Shown: piece after piece, positions 8,878 through 18,171 of the stretch
Position numbering within the stretch: the first letter of the stretch is position 1
Layout of the letters: each line of letters begins with the position of its first letter
From: a virus
Strand: one strand, 5' to 3'
IMG/VR virus record: IMGVR_UViG_3300003890_000014
Span: 1-64,000 of that record
Length of the DNA stretch: 64,000 nucleotides
Position numbers and translations under genes: made by a program
Notes under the pieces: model-generated
What the model was told of the DNA's origin: nothing
Seen by the model: only the letters and a program-made list of their open reading frames with translations
Databases searched by the model: none

Positions 8878-8907
8878 TTGACAGTTATACTCAGAAAATG
8901 TTATAAG
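8878..8907 (+). promoter_or_regulatory. Sigma70-like promoter for rIIA
   Basis: TTGACA-18-TATAAG with extended TG. Confidence 0.55.
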
Positions 8908-8929
8908 CCTAAATGAAGGAGTCAAACCA

Positions 8930-10939
8930 ATGAAAATGAAAAACCATGCTAATAAATTAGAAACTAATGCTCAAATTGTATCGCAAAATTTTGGTATCGG
9001 TGACGCATCGGTGGTTATAGAGATTTTGCGCAATCGTCTTTACCAGCATAAAATTCGGACTTTAGTGCAAGAATATATCTGCAATGCTAGAGATGCACAC
9101 CGTGAGATTCATTCGACTGCAAGGTTAGAAGTTACGCTGCCCACAAAATTTAACCCTACGTTTTCAGTGCGTGATTTTGGTTTGGGTACTAGTCCCGAAC
9201 GTATGGAGAGAGTTTTCGTCCTTTATGGTGCATCAACTAAACGTGATAACAATACTCAAACGGGAGGGTTTGGGATTGGTGCAAAATCGGCTTGGAGTTA
9301 TACCGATTCATTTACTATCGTAACTTATATTGACGGTGTCAAACGGGTTTACGTTGCCCATACCGGAGTTAATAACAATGGACGACTTGACCTTATTGAA
9401 ACTTCACACACTAAAGAGTCAAGCGGTACTGAAATTAAAATAGCTGTTAACCCTAACGATTGGAAGGAATTCCGTAACGCTGCACTTCGAGCAACGTATT
9501 TTTGGGATATACGACCGAAATTTAAAGGAATTAATGAAAGTGAAATACCTACTCGTGAAATTGGATATCGAATCGGTAAGCAATTTGAAGTGCAATCAAA
9601 CAATTTACCTAGTTTTGTTACTTGGAGTAAAGGATATTACAACGAGAAAAAAGATTTACTTGTAATTGATGGTATTCCATATCCTATTGATGACGAATTA
9701 CAAGAAAAAATCAAAGGTTTTGACGTACTCAATGGGTTGATTAATCAAAGTAAATTTATTCTTTACATTGATAGTGGAGTGGTGGAAGTGTCTGCATCTC
9801 GTGAGAGTGTGGCCGACAGTATTGAGACTGTCAATGCGCTAGAGAATCTAATTAAAAGGCTCACACTCGAAGTGCGGAGCTGGATTGCAGATCAATTCGG
9901 TAAAGTAAAGTCAGTTAATGAGTTTCTGACTACTTATAGAACACTTAAAGACAATTTCAATGTAGAAGGATTCTCAAAATATGACGGTTATGAAATTAAT
10001 CACTACGGCAACCTTAATCATAAAGATTTGTTACCCGCTGTAGTAACTATTAAACACGTCACTAACTTAGATATAAGGGGTCGAAAGGTTACTTCTACTA
10101 TTAAGAGAACTCAAACCACAATGACAATCGACCGTATAGGCGCATTGTATCAAGTAGATGTAGAGGAATCAAAAGTTATTCAAAATCGCAGATTCAGAGC
10201 ATTATTTGCTACAAATAAATATATAACTTTGATTACTCCTAAAAGTGGAAGCTTATCAACTCAACTCATCAAGGATTTAGGTATCAAAAAACTATCAAGT
10301 GTAATTCCGATTGCAGTCGAGAGAGAAATTAAAGAATTTGGCATAACACCAAAACGTAAATCAGATGAGATCTGCGCTCATTTACCTACTAGTCGTGGGT
10401 TTGACTCTTTGACCGTGAGTGTTGATCAAAATGAAGTGACTTACATTTATGAGGAGAAGAATACACTTGCCAAACTCGATCGCTTTGAGCTATATGATTT
10501 TGCTAAATACCTTAAAGATTATAAAGATATGGTATTGATTGGACTTGCTCCGACGAGTATTGCTAAGATTAAAAGCAATCCTAAGTTTGTTAAGATAAGT
10601 ACGTTCAAGAAAAAATGGACGTTGACAGCTAATGAATTAAGTATGCTAAAATCTCAATTGTCTACTCATATTTATGATATCAAAAAGGTATTGAAAAAAG
10701 GGTATGAAACAATCAAAGACAAAGAAGTGAAAGATTTGGTTAAATCTTATATAGATATCACTAATACAAAATTATTACCTAAGTTAGTGGTGTCCGAATT
10801 TGCTCATGAAGCTAATGACTTTTTGAACAATGAAAGGGCTGTGATTAAGCGAATGAAATTGAAATACCCATTAGTATTCCAAATTCAAGACGCTAACATG
10901 AGTGAAGAGTTAGTAACTTATATCAATGCAAAAAATTAA
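8930..10939 (+). CDS. rIIA: RIIA-like protein (N-terminal GHKL ATPase)
   Basis: EYICNARDAH, VRDFGLG, STKRD...GGFGIGAKS, SASRE; adjacent to rIIB. Confidence 0.9.
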   Translation: MKMKNHANKLETNAQIVSQNFGIGDASVVIEILRNRLYQHKIRTLVQEYICNARDAHREIHSTARLEVTLPTKFNPTFSVRDFGLGTSPERMERVFVLYGASTKRDNNTQTGGFGIGAKSAWSYTDSFTIVTYIDGVKRVYVAHTGVNNNGRLDLIETSHTKESSGTEIKIAVNPNDWKEFRNAALRATYFWDIRPKFKGINESEIPTREIGYRIGKQFEVQSNNLPSFVTWSKGYYNEKKDLLVIDGIPYPIDDELQEKIKGFDVLNGLINQSKFILYIDSGVVEVSASRESVADSIETVNALENLIKRLTLEVRSWIADQFGKVKSVNEFLTTYRTLKDNFNVEGFSKYDGYEINHYGNLNHKDLLPAVVTIKHVTNLDIRGRKVTSTIKRTQTTMTIDRIGALYQVDVEESKVIQNRRFRALFATNKYITLITPKSGSLSTQLIKDLGIKKLSSVIPIAVEREIKEFGITPKRKSDEICAHLPTSRGFDSLTVSVDQNEVTYIYEEKNTLAKLDRFELYDFAKYLKDYKDMVLIGLAPTSIAKIKSNPKFVKISTFKKKWTLTANELSMLKSQLSTHIYDIKKVLKKGYETIKDKEVKDLVKSYIDITNTKLLPKLVVSEFAHEANDFLNNERAVIKRMKLKYPLVFQIQDANMSEELVTYINAKN

Positions 10940-10942
10940 TTC

Positions 10943-10971
10943 TTGACAACGTCGATCTGGTTTGCTATAAC
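10943..10971 (+). promoter_or_regulatory. Sigma70-like promoter for rIIB
   Basis: TTGACA-17-TATAAC. Confidence 0.7.
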
Positions 10972-10993
10972 AATAATAGGAAGGAAAAACCAA

Positions 10994-11773
10994 ATGAACT
11001 ATCATGTATTAAATAACTCTTTAGTGTTGAATTACAATAACAAAACCGTAGTAATTGATCGCAGTGATTCTCGTTTTGCTCCAGTATTGAATTGTATTCG
11101 AGAACAACGCCTTGATGATATTCCTACCATAGTTGATATTGAACAACAATACGCTGATCGTGGGCTTGAATTGCGTGACGGTCTATTACATATTGATTCT
11201 CAACCTTTGCCGATTGAATTGAGTGACCGCATTATTGCTTTCAAAGAAGAAAATTTACCTTTAGATGGGTTGCTAAAGTTTTGGAATAATCTAAAACAAA
11301 ATCCCTCTTTCAACGCCCGCAAAATGTTATTTAAATTCTTAGAACACAATGGGCATCCGTTGACTTCAGATGGATGTTTTATTGCTTATCGTGGTATTAC
11401 TGAGGATTTTAAAGACGTTCATTCACGCTCATTTGATAACCGAGTAGGTTCAGTATGTGAAATGGATCGAATCTTAGTTGATGATAACCCTAACAATACC
11501 TGCTCAAATGGTTTGCATGTCGCTTGTTTTAATTATGCAAAAAACTTTGGTCAGAAATTAGTTGAAGTCAAAGTCAATCCTCGTGATGTAGTAGCTGTGC
11601 CTACAGATTACAATGGGACTAAAATGCGAGTATGTCGTTTTGAAGTTGTAGCGGAATGCGCTATAATGCGCACTGAACATTATATTGATAAGTATAAAGA
11701 GGAATCATGTGATAATGGTAGTTGTGAATCATGCTCATGTGGATCTGAAAATGATGAAGACTGGAGTGCTTAA
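10994..11773 (+). CDS. rIIB: RIIB-like protein
   Basis: FWNNLKQNPS, DGCFIAYRG, TCSNGLHV, KVNPRDVVAVPTDYNGTKMRVCRFEV. Confidence 0.9.
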   Translation: MNYHVLNNSLVLNYNNKTVVIDRSDSRFAPVLNCIREQRLDDIPTIVDIEQQYADRGLELRDGLLHIDSQPLPIELSDRIIAFKEENLPLDGLLKFWNNLKQNPSFNARKMLFKFLEHNGHPLTSDGCFIAYRGITEDFKDVHSRSFDNRVGSVCEMDRILVDDNPNNTCSNGLHVACFNYAKNFGQKLVEVKVNPRDVVAVPTDYNGTKMRVCRFEVVAECAIMRTEHYIDKYKEESCDNGSCESCSCGSENDEDWSA

Positions 11774-11774
11774 T

Positions 11775-12590
11775 ATGTTGACTATTAAAAAAGCTTCACA
11801 AATGGAAATTATTGCATCAAAAGATGAATGGTTGATTGAAGGTGTCATCCCTAGCAAATCTCTTTGTTTGTTAGGTGCAGCACCAAAACAGGGCAAGACT
11901 ATGATTGCACTTGAACTCTCGACCGCTCTTTGTTCCGGTAAACCTGCTTTTGATAAACATTTAATCCCCAAAAAAGGTCGAGTACTATATTTTGCAGGCG
12001 AAGATTCAGAGACGGGCTTAAAGCGACGTATCGAAGCCTTTGCTGACGCAAAAAAGACAAGCGTTAACGATATGGAATTGTATGCTATTACGGGACAACC
12101 GTTGCTCATTGATGATGCAAAAGGTAGAGAAGTACTACACGCAGCTATTTTGGGTTACAAGCCTGACTTATTAGTGCTTGATAATTTATCTCGTATTCAT
12201 CGATCAAATGAAAACAATGCTACTAACATGGCACATTTGTTTGAATTTCTTCAAGAGATCAAAAACAAATATGATACTAGCATTCTATTAATATGCCATT
12301 TAGGTAAAAATGGAACGCTTCGAGGTTCTTCGCAAATCGATTCTTATTATGAATCTGCAATGTTTTTGAAGAGTAAAAATGGGCAGCGATACGTTGATTT
12401 TAAATTTCGTAATTATGAAGAGCGTTTAGATGTTCCATATCAATTAGTAGCTAAGAATGGACTTCGCATTAAATTAGATTCTGCCGAAGTTACCCCAATT
12501 ACAATAGTAAATTCTTTGACTGAGGAACAAGCTTTGGCCACTGGACGATATATTAGGACTCAATCTGGTGGAATCATGAGGATAGCATGA
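11775..12590 (+). CDS. RepA-type (AAA_25) SF4 helicase/ATPase
   Basis: WLIEG, Walker A AAPKQGKT, AGED, LVLDN, ICHLGK, RGSS. Confidence 0.85.
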   Translation: MLTIKKASQMEIIASKDEWLIEGVIPSKSLCLLGAAPKQGKTMIALELSTALCSGKPAFDKHLIPKKGRVLYFAGEDSETGLKRRIEAFADAKKTSVNDMELYAITGQPLLIDDAKGREVLHAAILGYKPDLLVLDNLSRIHRSNENNATNMAHLFEFLQEIKNKYDTSILLICHLGKNGTLRGSSQIDSYYESAMFLKSKNGQRYVDFKFRNYEERLDVPYQLVAKNGLRIKLDSAEVTPITIVNSLTEEQALATGRYIRTQSGGIMRIA

Positions 12591-13069
12591 AAGGGTTATG
12601 GTTAATACCTTGTATTTTGTTAATCGCCTGCGGTAAACCTGAGCGATGTATTAAGCAAGGAAAAGGTGATACTCCTGATATGATTAGAAATGTTGATCCT
12701 GATATGGAAGAGTATGTTCATAGATTTGAAAATGATATTGGGCATGATATTAATTTTCAAGTAAAGTTTGAAGAGTTATCTGATAACAAAGCAGGCGAAT
12801 GTATTCAATGGACTAATGGAGCAAAGTTAGTTAAGATTAAAAAATCCTATTTTATGGCTATCAATGAGTATCGTAAAGAGCAATTACTATATCATGAGTT
12901 AGGACATTGCGAACTAAACAAAGATCACAACGATAGCACTAAGACTTTTAATAGTCGAGCAGGGACTTGGCCTGCAAGTGTAATGAGAAATACTGCATTT
13001 AGTGAGTCAGAGTCAAATGTATATAAAGAAGAACGTAACTATTACGTTCAAGAATTGATAGGAGGATGA
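12587..13069 (+). CDS. Lipoprotein zinc metallopeptidase
   Basis: Lipobox LLIAC, HELGHCELNKDH, Met-turn-like SVM. Confidence 0.75.
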   Translation: MKGLWLIPCILLIACGKPERCIKQGKGDTPDMIRNVDPDMEEYVHRFENDIGHDINFQVKFEELSDNKAGECIQWTNGAKLVKIKKSYFMAINEYRKEQLLYHELGHCELNKDHNDSTKTFNSRAGTWPASVMRNTAFSESESNVYKEERNYYVQELIGG

Positions 13070-13070
13070 T

Positions 13071-13379
13071 ATGAAAACATGTAATAAATGTAAAAATAAT
13101 GCCGTTTGGGTTGAATACAATACCTTTCAATATTGGTATTGTCGTACTTGTAAAAAAGAACTTCAATTAGAAACAATCACTATTGATACGAATACCATCT
13201 CTCAGAATGAAATAGATTCATTAAGAGGACAGGTTTTTGATAGTGATATTATCCTTAAACCAAATCCTTGTTCTCCTAAAAATAAAAATTGGAGTTCAAA
13301 ACAAAAAGGTATTTATCTTGAGCATTTAAATGGAGAACTAGTATTTGCACCATTCATTTTTGAAATGAGCTTCAAATGA
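13071..13379 (+). CDS. Zn-ribbon protein
   Basis: CNKC...CRTC. Confidence 0.65.
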   Translation: MKTCNKCKNNAVWVEYNTFQYWYCRTCKKELQLETITIDTNTISQNEIDSLRGQVFDSDIILKPNPCSPKNKNWSSKQKGIYLEHLNGELVFAPFIFEMSFK

Positions 13380-13663
13380 ACTCAGAAAATTTAGCTTATT
13401 GGATAGATGATGAAGGGCGTAAACTAGATCTTAAATTTAAGGCTTTGATTTATGCAGATAATTACGGAGATGTAGTAAATTTGTATGCTTATGATGGGAG
13501 GTTTCTTTATTCAGAACCTTACAGTAAAAGCTTTGAATTTAATACTTTTTTGAATAATGCAAAGAGGTCAGGAGTGGATCTATTCTACGCTGATATTCCT
13601 TTTACAATTGAAATCCTATGGTTGGTGTTCAATCATAGGGTTGATTTGATAAAAGTAGCTTAG
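13376..13663 (+). CDS. Hypothetical protein
   Basis: Coupled ORF, last + strand gene before the strand convergence. Confidence 0.65.
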   Translation: MNSENLAYWIDDEGRKLDLKFKALIYADNYGDVVNLYAYDGRFLYSEPYSKSFEFNTFLNNAKRSGVDLFYADIPFTIEILWLVFNHRVDLIKVA

Positions 13664-13881
13664 TCTTCGATCTCATTGAGAAATATTTTAATCTCGTTGA
13701 TAAATAGCTTTCCATCTTTCTCTAAACATTCAAGTGCGTTTTTACCACGTTTACTTGCGATTGGAGAGAGTAAAAAATTTTTGACTTCTCTTGGAGTCAT
13801 ACCTTGATATTTTCTACTATTGCGAGAAAGTAAATGGATCAACTCAATTAAGTCTTTCTCAAAAGAACTTAAATTTCGCAT
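13660..13881 (-). CDS. Small hypothetical protein (possibly winged helix)
   Basis: 73 aa, convergent stop overlap. Confidence 0.5.
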   Translation of the reverse strand: MRNLSSFEKDLIELIHLLSRNSRKYQGMTPREVKNFLLSPIASKRGKNALECLEKDGKLFINEIKIFLNEIED

Positions 13882-13885
13882 TGGT

Positions 13886-14782
13886 CTATTGATAAATTGG
13901 AAAGGTTATTTCTGTTCTTTCTTGTTTACGCATAAACACCTCTTTTGGTTTATCAGAAGGCTTTGCTTGTGACCATTCCATAGAGGGAGCCTCATTATTA
14001 ACAAAATTGTATATATATTCTTGAGGCACAATAAAGGCATAGCTTAACTCTTTACTATTGCCAGCAAAAACTAATCCTGCAATCTCCCCATTTTCATTAA
14101 ATACCGCCGAACCTGAACTACCTGGCATGATTGTTCCAGTTACTAATTGAGAATCAAAAGTCTCAATAACAGGTATTCCACCCGTAAATATACACATAAA
14201 CACTTTAGCTGGGTCTTCATAGTCTTCTTTAGAACATTTTTTTACGCCAATGTTTACTCTGATAGTCATTCGACCAGAAAAGTTACCTTTAGTGAGTACA
14301 TGTGGTAAGAGATTTGGATGTCCAGAGATAAACGCCTCAGAGTATTCTTCTGGAGCTTCTGAAGCGACCTTAGTATTGACTCCAAGATCGGCATTAACCT
14401 TTATCTCACACAGATCATGGCTAAAGGATTCTTTATAAGCTGAGATTAAGAAAGAGCGAGTACTTTTTACAACTAATCCACCTTCTTCAATTACTTTACA
14501 AACATGCTTATTAGTGAGGACAATGCTTTCAGTAGCAGATGAAGAGAGTATAACTCCTGACCCACCACTTGTTTCTGACATATTCACCACTTTAACTGAA
14601 GTAACAGCGAATTCTTTAACCTGTTTTGGTTTTAAATAATGAGTATCGAGCATGGAATATCCAAGACTTAATACTATCAAAGCTCCGACTATTCGTAATC
14701 CTGCTCGTTGATGAGCTTTAACAAATAAATCTTCTCGCTTCATAAACTTTTTCAATTTAGTTTTCAATTTTTTAAACAGCAT
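13886..14782 (-). CDS. Membrane-anchored trypsin-like serine protease without PDZ
   Basis: TM IVGALIVLSLGY; triad TNKHV / HDLC / PGSSGS. Confidence 0.85.
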   Translation of the reverse strand: MLFKKLKTKLKKFMKREDLFVKAHQRAGLRIVGALIVLSLGYSMLDTHYLKPKQVKEFAVTSVKVVNMSETSGGSGVILSSSATESIVLTNKHVCKVIEEGGLVVKSTRSFLISAYKESFSHDLCEIKVNADLGVNTKVASEAPEEYSEAFISGHPNLLPHVLTKGNFSGRMTIRVNIGVKKCSKEDYEDPAKVFMCIFTGGIPVIETFDSQLVTGTIMPGSSGSAVFNENGEIAGLVFAGNSKELSYAFIVPQEYIYNFVNNEAPSMEWSQAKPSDKPKEVFMRKQERTEITFPIYQ

Positions 14783-14790
14783 ACGATTCC

Positions 14791-15072
14791 TTAGTTTATA
14801 TTTCCAGGTTGTTTGTTTGGTAGTCCCCCTACATTACCAATTAAACCCAGCGAGAACCCTTCTTGAATCTGTTTCAAAATGTGAATCTGTGTTTTTAAAT
14901 GAGCAAAGGCAGGATGATCAGCCGATTGTTTTTGCCTATAGAAATCCATATACATTTCACTTAAATCATCTATATATATGGATAAGGCGTTAAGAGATGC
15001 GATATAAGTCTCACGTTTAACCATGAGTAAAGCATCTAATTCTTGGTCAGAGTTTGGTTTTTTTTTCTTCAT
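14791..15072 (-). CDS. Hypothetical protein
   Basis: Coupled ORF. Confidence 0.65.
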   Translation of the reverse strand: MKKKKPNSDQELDALLMVKRETYIASLNALSIYIDDLSEMYMDFYRQKQSADHPAFAHLKTQIHILKQIQEGFSLGLIGNVGGLPNKQPGNIN

Positions 15073-15641
15073 AGTATTTTATCAACTAAACCTAACTTGA
15101 GTACTTCTTCAGCACTCAAATAACAGTCTTTACTACATAGTTTTTCAAAAGTCTTTGCTGTAGCTTTACCCTTTGAGAGTTTTTCATACAGCTTATTCAT
15201 TTGGTGTTCTAGAGACTCACAGTGTTTTAATTCATTTTTAAGATCAGAAAGGTTACCTTTTAACCAATCTGACATTTGATGAATCATTACCCAACTATTA
15301 GCACCTAAGATTCTCTCATCTCCAGCTGCCAAGATAAAACTAGCAGCAGACATGATTTTACCGAATCCTCTAGTGATTACATGACAAGGAGAGGATTGAA
15401 CTCGGTCAATCATTCCCAACATGTCGTAAACACTGCCACCATATGAAGAGACTTCAATACGGATAGGATGATCAGGCCATTTTTCAAGCTCATCAAAAGC
15501 TTTTTGAAATAGCTCTAAAGAAAACTCGTCGATATCACCGTTAAGATAGATTACTCTTTCTCTAAAGTTTACGTGATACTCAAAAATATTCTCATAGTGA
15601 ACATCATCCCGTCCACGGTTAAGCCTATTTTTAGAACTCAT
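15069..15641 (-). CDS. clpP: ClpP-like peptidase
   Basis: RVIYLNGDI, SSYGGSV, MSAASFILAAG, VMIHQ, DCYLSAEEVLKLGLVDKI; triad residues present. Confidence 0.85.
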   Translation of the reverse strand: MSSKNRLNRGRDDVHYENIFEYHVNFRERVIYLNGDIDEFSLELFQKAFDELEKWPDHPIRIEVSSYGGSVYDMLGMIDRVQSSPCHVITRGFGKIMSAASFILAAGDERILGANSWVMIHQMSDWLKGNLSDLKNELKHCESLEHQMNKLYEKLSKGKATAKTFEKLCSKDCYLSAEEVLKLGLVDKIL

Positions 15642-15655
15642 GAGACCTCCTCTAA

Positions 15656-16348
15656 TTAAGAAGCAGTCTCAGGAGTAGAAGATTTTGGAGCAATATCTTG
15701 AGAAATCGTTGCACTTTCTACAACAGTTGCTTGAGCAGCAGCTTCAGCTGCGACCTTCTTCTCAGCTACCATTTTATCATATTCAGCTTTGATTTCTTGC
15801 ACTTTTACATGAGTTATAGATTTATAGATCTTTTTAACTTGAACATCAAATCTAGCAGCTTTTTTAGCTAAACTAGCATTACCATAGTTCTCAGGGAAAG
15901 TCACGTCAATAGTTTTAATATCGCCAACCTTCATTCCCATGAGTTGAGATTCAAAGCCAGGGATCAAGGTATCGTTACCAAGCCCAATAATGGCATAATT
16001 CGTTCCATAACCACCTTCGAATGCATCTCCAGTAGTACCGTCTTCATTTACTAACCGACCAAAATAATCAATCATAATATGATCTCCAAGAACTGTTTCA
16101 ACATCTTGAATAGGATTAGCAGATTCAAGTACAGACAAAGCATTGATGTCTACAGCTTGACTACGAACTCCTTGAATAACTTGAGAAATCATATTACTCA
16201 AATATTGAAGTTGTTGAGTAAGCATTTGAACTTTACCCTGTAATTCGCCAGCAAGAGTTTGATTTTCTTGTTGAACCTGACCCTTTGTGGGCTTAGAGGG
16301 TTGTCTAAAACCTTTACGAACTACATTGTTTGCATTACCGTTTTCCAT
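15656..16348 (-). CDS. Coiled coil plus trigger-factor-type FKBP PPIase domain
   Basis: GDHIMIDYFG...AFEGG...LG..TLIPGFESQLMGMKVGD...VTFPENY...LAKKAARFDVQV. Confidence 0.85.
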   Translation of the reverse strand: MENGNANNVVRKGFRQPSKPTKGQVQQENQTLAGELQGKVQMLTQQLQYLSNMISQVIQGVRSQAVDINALSVLESANPIQDVETVLGDHIMIDYFGRLVNEDGTTGDAFEGGYGTNYAIIGLGNDTLIPGFESQLMGMKVGDIKTIDVTFPENYGNASLAKKAARFDVQVKKIYKSITHVKVQEIKAEYDKMVAEKKVAAEAAAQATVVESATISQDIAPKSSTPETAS

Positions 16349-16359
16349 TTTTCTTTCTC

Positions 16360-16896
16360 CTATTCCAAATTAAAGTCCAAGTCATCAACTGGGACATGAA
16401 AAGTTACTCCGCTTTGCGCAGTAACAAGCGCTCTTCCATCTTCCACCCGTCTAACATAAACAAGCGAATTCGAATCAATTTTGCTTCGAAGCTCTTTACG
16501 AACATTTTCTAAAGTCAGTATTTGGGCTCTACGAACCTCGTTATTTTTTAGTTCAGGGTCGTTTTCTTTTAGTTGATTTGTAGTTGAAGGCTCAGAACTT
16601 GCAGTTGAGCCTGAAATAGTTCTATTTTTAACAGTATTAATAAGTTGTTTTAAGATTACAAAATCTTCTCTTGTAAGAGAGATATCTTGAGGCACAGATT
16701 TAGAAAATTCCATATTCTCAGCAAGCTGAGCACATGCTGCTTGTAACTCAGAAATAACTTGCTGTTGAACATCATCAGGGAGTTTTGAATTCTTTGGAAA
16801 AGAAAATGAGACCGAAGCATATGCTTTTTTCAAAGCCAATAACCGTTCTAAGTCTGCAATCTTATCTTCAAGAGTTAATTTAGTATTATCGCTCAT
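16360..16896 (-). CDS. Hypothetical protein
   Basis: 178 aa, directly after a promoter. Confidence 0.7.
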   Translation of the reverse strand: MSDNTKLTLEDKIADLERLLALKKAYASVSFSFPKNSKLPDDVQQQVISELQAACAQLAENMEFSKSVPQDISLTREDFVILKQLINTVKNRTISGSTASSEPSTTNQLKENDPELKNNEVRRAQILTLENVRKELRSKIDSNSLVYVRRVEDGRALVTAQSGVTFHVPVDDLDFNLE

Positions 16897-16902
16897 GTAT
16901 TG

Positions 16903-16931
16903 ACTGTAGCTTATTTAAATGACAAAGTCAA
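16903..16931 (-). promoter_or_regulatory. Sigma70-like promoter, probably leaderless
   Basis: TTGACT-17-TACAGT, then 6 nt to the ATG. Confidence 0.6.
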
Positions 16932-16956
16932 TCAAAATAATACTTGACAAAATAAG

Positions 16957-17787
16957 TTAGACTTTATGAAGCTGACATCTGCAACGAGGGTGCGTTGCGC
17001 CGATTACAGGCTTCCAAGAACTTTTTTTAGCGGGATCATTTACCCCATTTTCTTGTAGTTCAGTGAGAGCAAATATTTTAGGGGAGCCATCTTTATTAAG
17101 GTAAAATTTATGACACCAATTACAAAGCTTGGCATCATTCATTACGGTCTTGTAAACCTTAATCTCTTCAACAGCCGTTCTTGAGATCATGGCAGAAGTT
17201 GTTGCGGCATCCACTGTCGCATCATTTATGGAATCGGTTAAATCGGTAGTAAAAGCTCGCACAAAGTTTTTGTGGGCCAGTGCAAGAATTGCACCAACTG
17301 ACAGCAATAAGGGGGCTAAGAACTTATTTTTATACTCAATTTGTTGAGGAAGAGAAGTTAAACGATTAACGATAACATGTTGTTTATACTCTTGATTAGC
17401 GTCTAATATCTTTTGAGTTAACTTCTTTTTGATAAGAGTTTTGGTATCTTCGATAGACTTATTGATAGAGGCTTTAGCATGTTCTATAGAATATCTTTGA
17501 GCGTCAGTGATAATCGGAAGCACCCCTGATAAAGCTACTTGATCAAGCAACTCGGTCAGGGTGGCATCCTTTTTATAACCCTCATGAGGTCTTTGTCTTA
17601 CTAAAATATAAAGCAACTCGATTAAAGGCTTTCTACCTATAATAAGACCTAGAGATTCTATTTGTCGTTTTTGTTCATCAGAGAAGAAATCAGCCCCAAT
17701 GATATCAAATGTGAAATCTAAATACGCTTTCTCAACGATATCGTCAATTCGTTTAAGAATGGTGGTTGAAGTGAGCATCGGATTCAA
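16957..17787 (-). CDS. Head morphogenesis protein (Mu F / SPP1 gp7-like)
   Basis: CNWC...HPRCRCQL C-terminus; downstream of the portal. Confidence 0.75.
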   Translation of the reverse strand: MNPMLTSTTILKRIDDIVEKAYLDFTFDIIGADFFSDEQKRQIESLGLIIGRKPLIELLYILVRQRPHEGYKKDATLTELLDQVALSGVLPIITDAQRYSIEHAKASINKSIEDTKTLIKKKLTQKILDANQEYKQHVIVNRLTSLPQQIEYKNKFLAPLLLSVGAILALAHKNFVRAFTTDLTDSINDATVDAATTSAMISRTAVEEIKVYKTVMNDAKLCNWCHKFYLNKDGSPKIFALTELQENGVNDPAKKSSWKPVIGATHPRCRCQLHKV

Positions 17788-17986
17788 TCTCTTTCACGAT
17801 TTCTTTAATAATATGATGTGTTAAAGATTCATGCCTAGAACAAATCCAATCATGGAAATCGTTTAGCGGTTTGTCAAAGTAACGCTCTCCACCAGAACAA
17901 TCCTCTTTAGCAGAAAGAGCCTTTCTAAGCTCTTTCTCTGCTTCTTCGATAGTTTGATTAGGTTCAAGAGTTATCTTGATTTTCAT
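17753..17986 (-). CDS. Hypothetical protein
   Basis: Coupled ORF. Confidence 0.6.
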   Translation of the reverse strand: MKIKITLEPNQTIEEAEKELRKALSAKEDCSGGERYFDKPLNDFHDWICSRHESLTHHIIKEIVKEIESDAHFNHHS

Positions 17987-18168
17987 TTGCGTTCTTGCCT
18001 AATGTTATACATTTCATTAGCTACTTCTTCAAGACTAGAATGTTCATGAATCTGAGCCATAACTTCTATCCAATGGTCATCGTCTACAGTAACAGTTTCA
18101 TTATAAGCAGAAGCAATTTCTCTTGGAGTCATATATTCTTTTCTTAACTCAATACATAACATGCACAT
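17983..18168 (-). CDS. Hypothetical protein
   Basis: GAGG RBS; MCMLC start. Confidence 0.6.
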   Translation of the reverse strand: MCMLCIELRKEYMTPREIASAYNETVTVDDDHWIEVMAQIHEHSSLEEVANEMYNIRQERK

Positions 18169-18171
18169 AGT

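Noticed and set aside
5516-9342. TTGAC-Nx-GTCAA as a repressor operator
   Set aside because: Spacers vary (3, 6, 7, 8 nt) and most copies lie inside CDSs; better explained by local k-mer bias.
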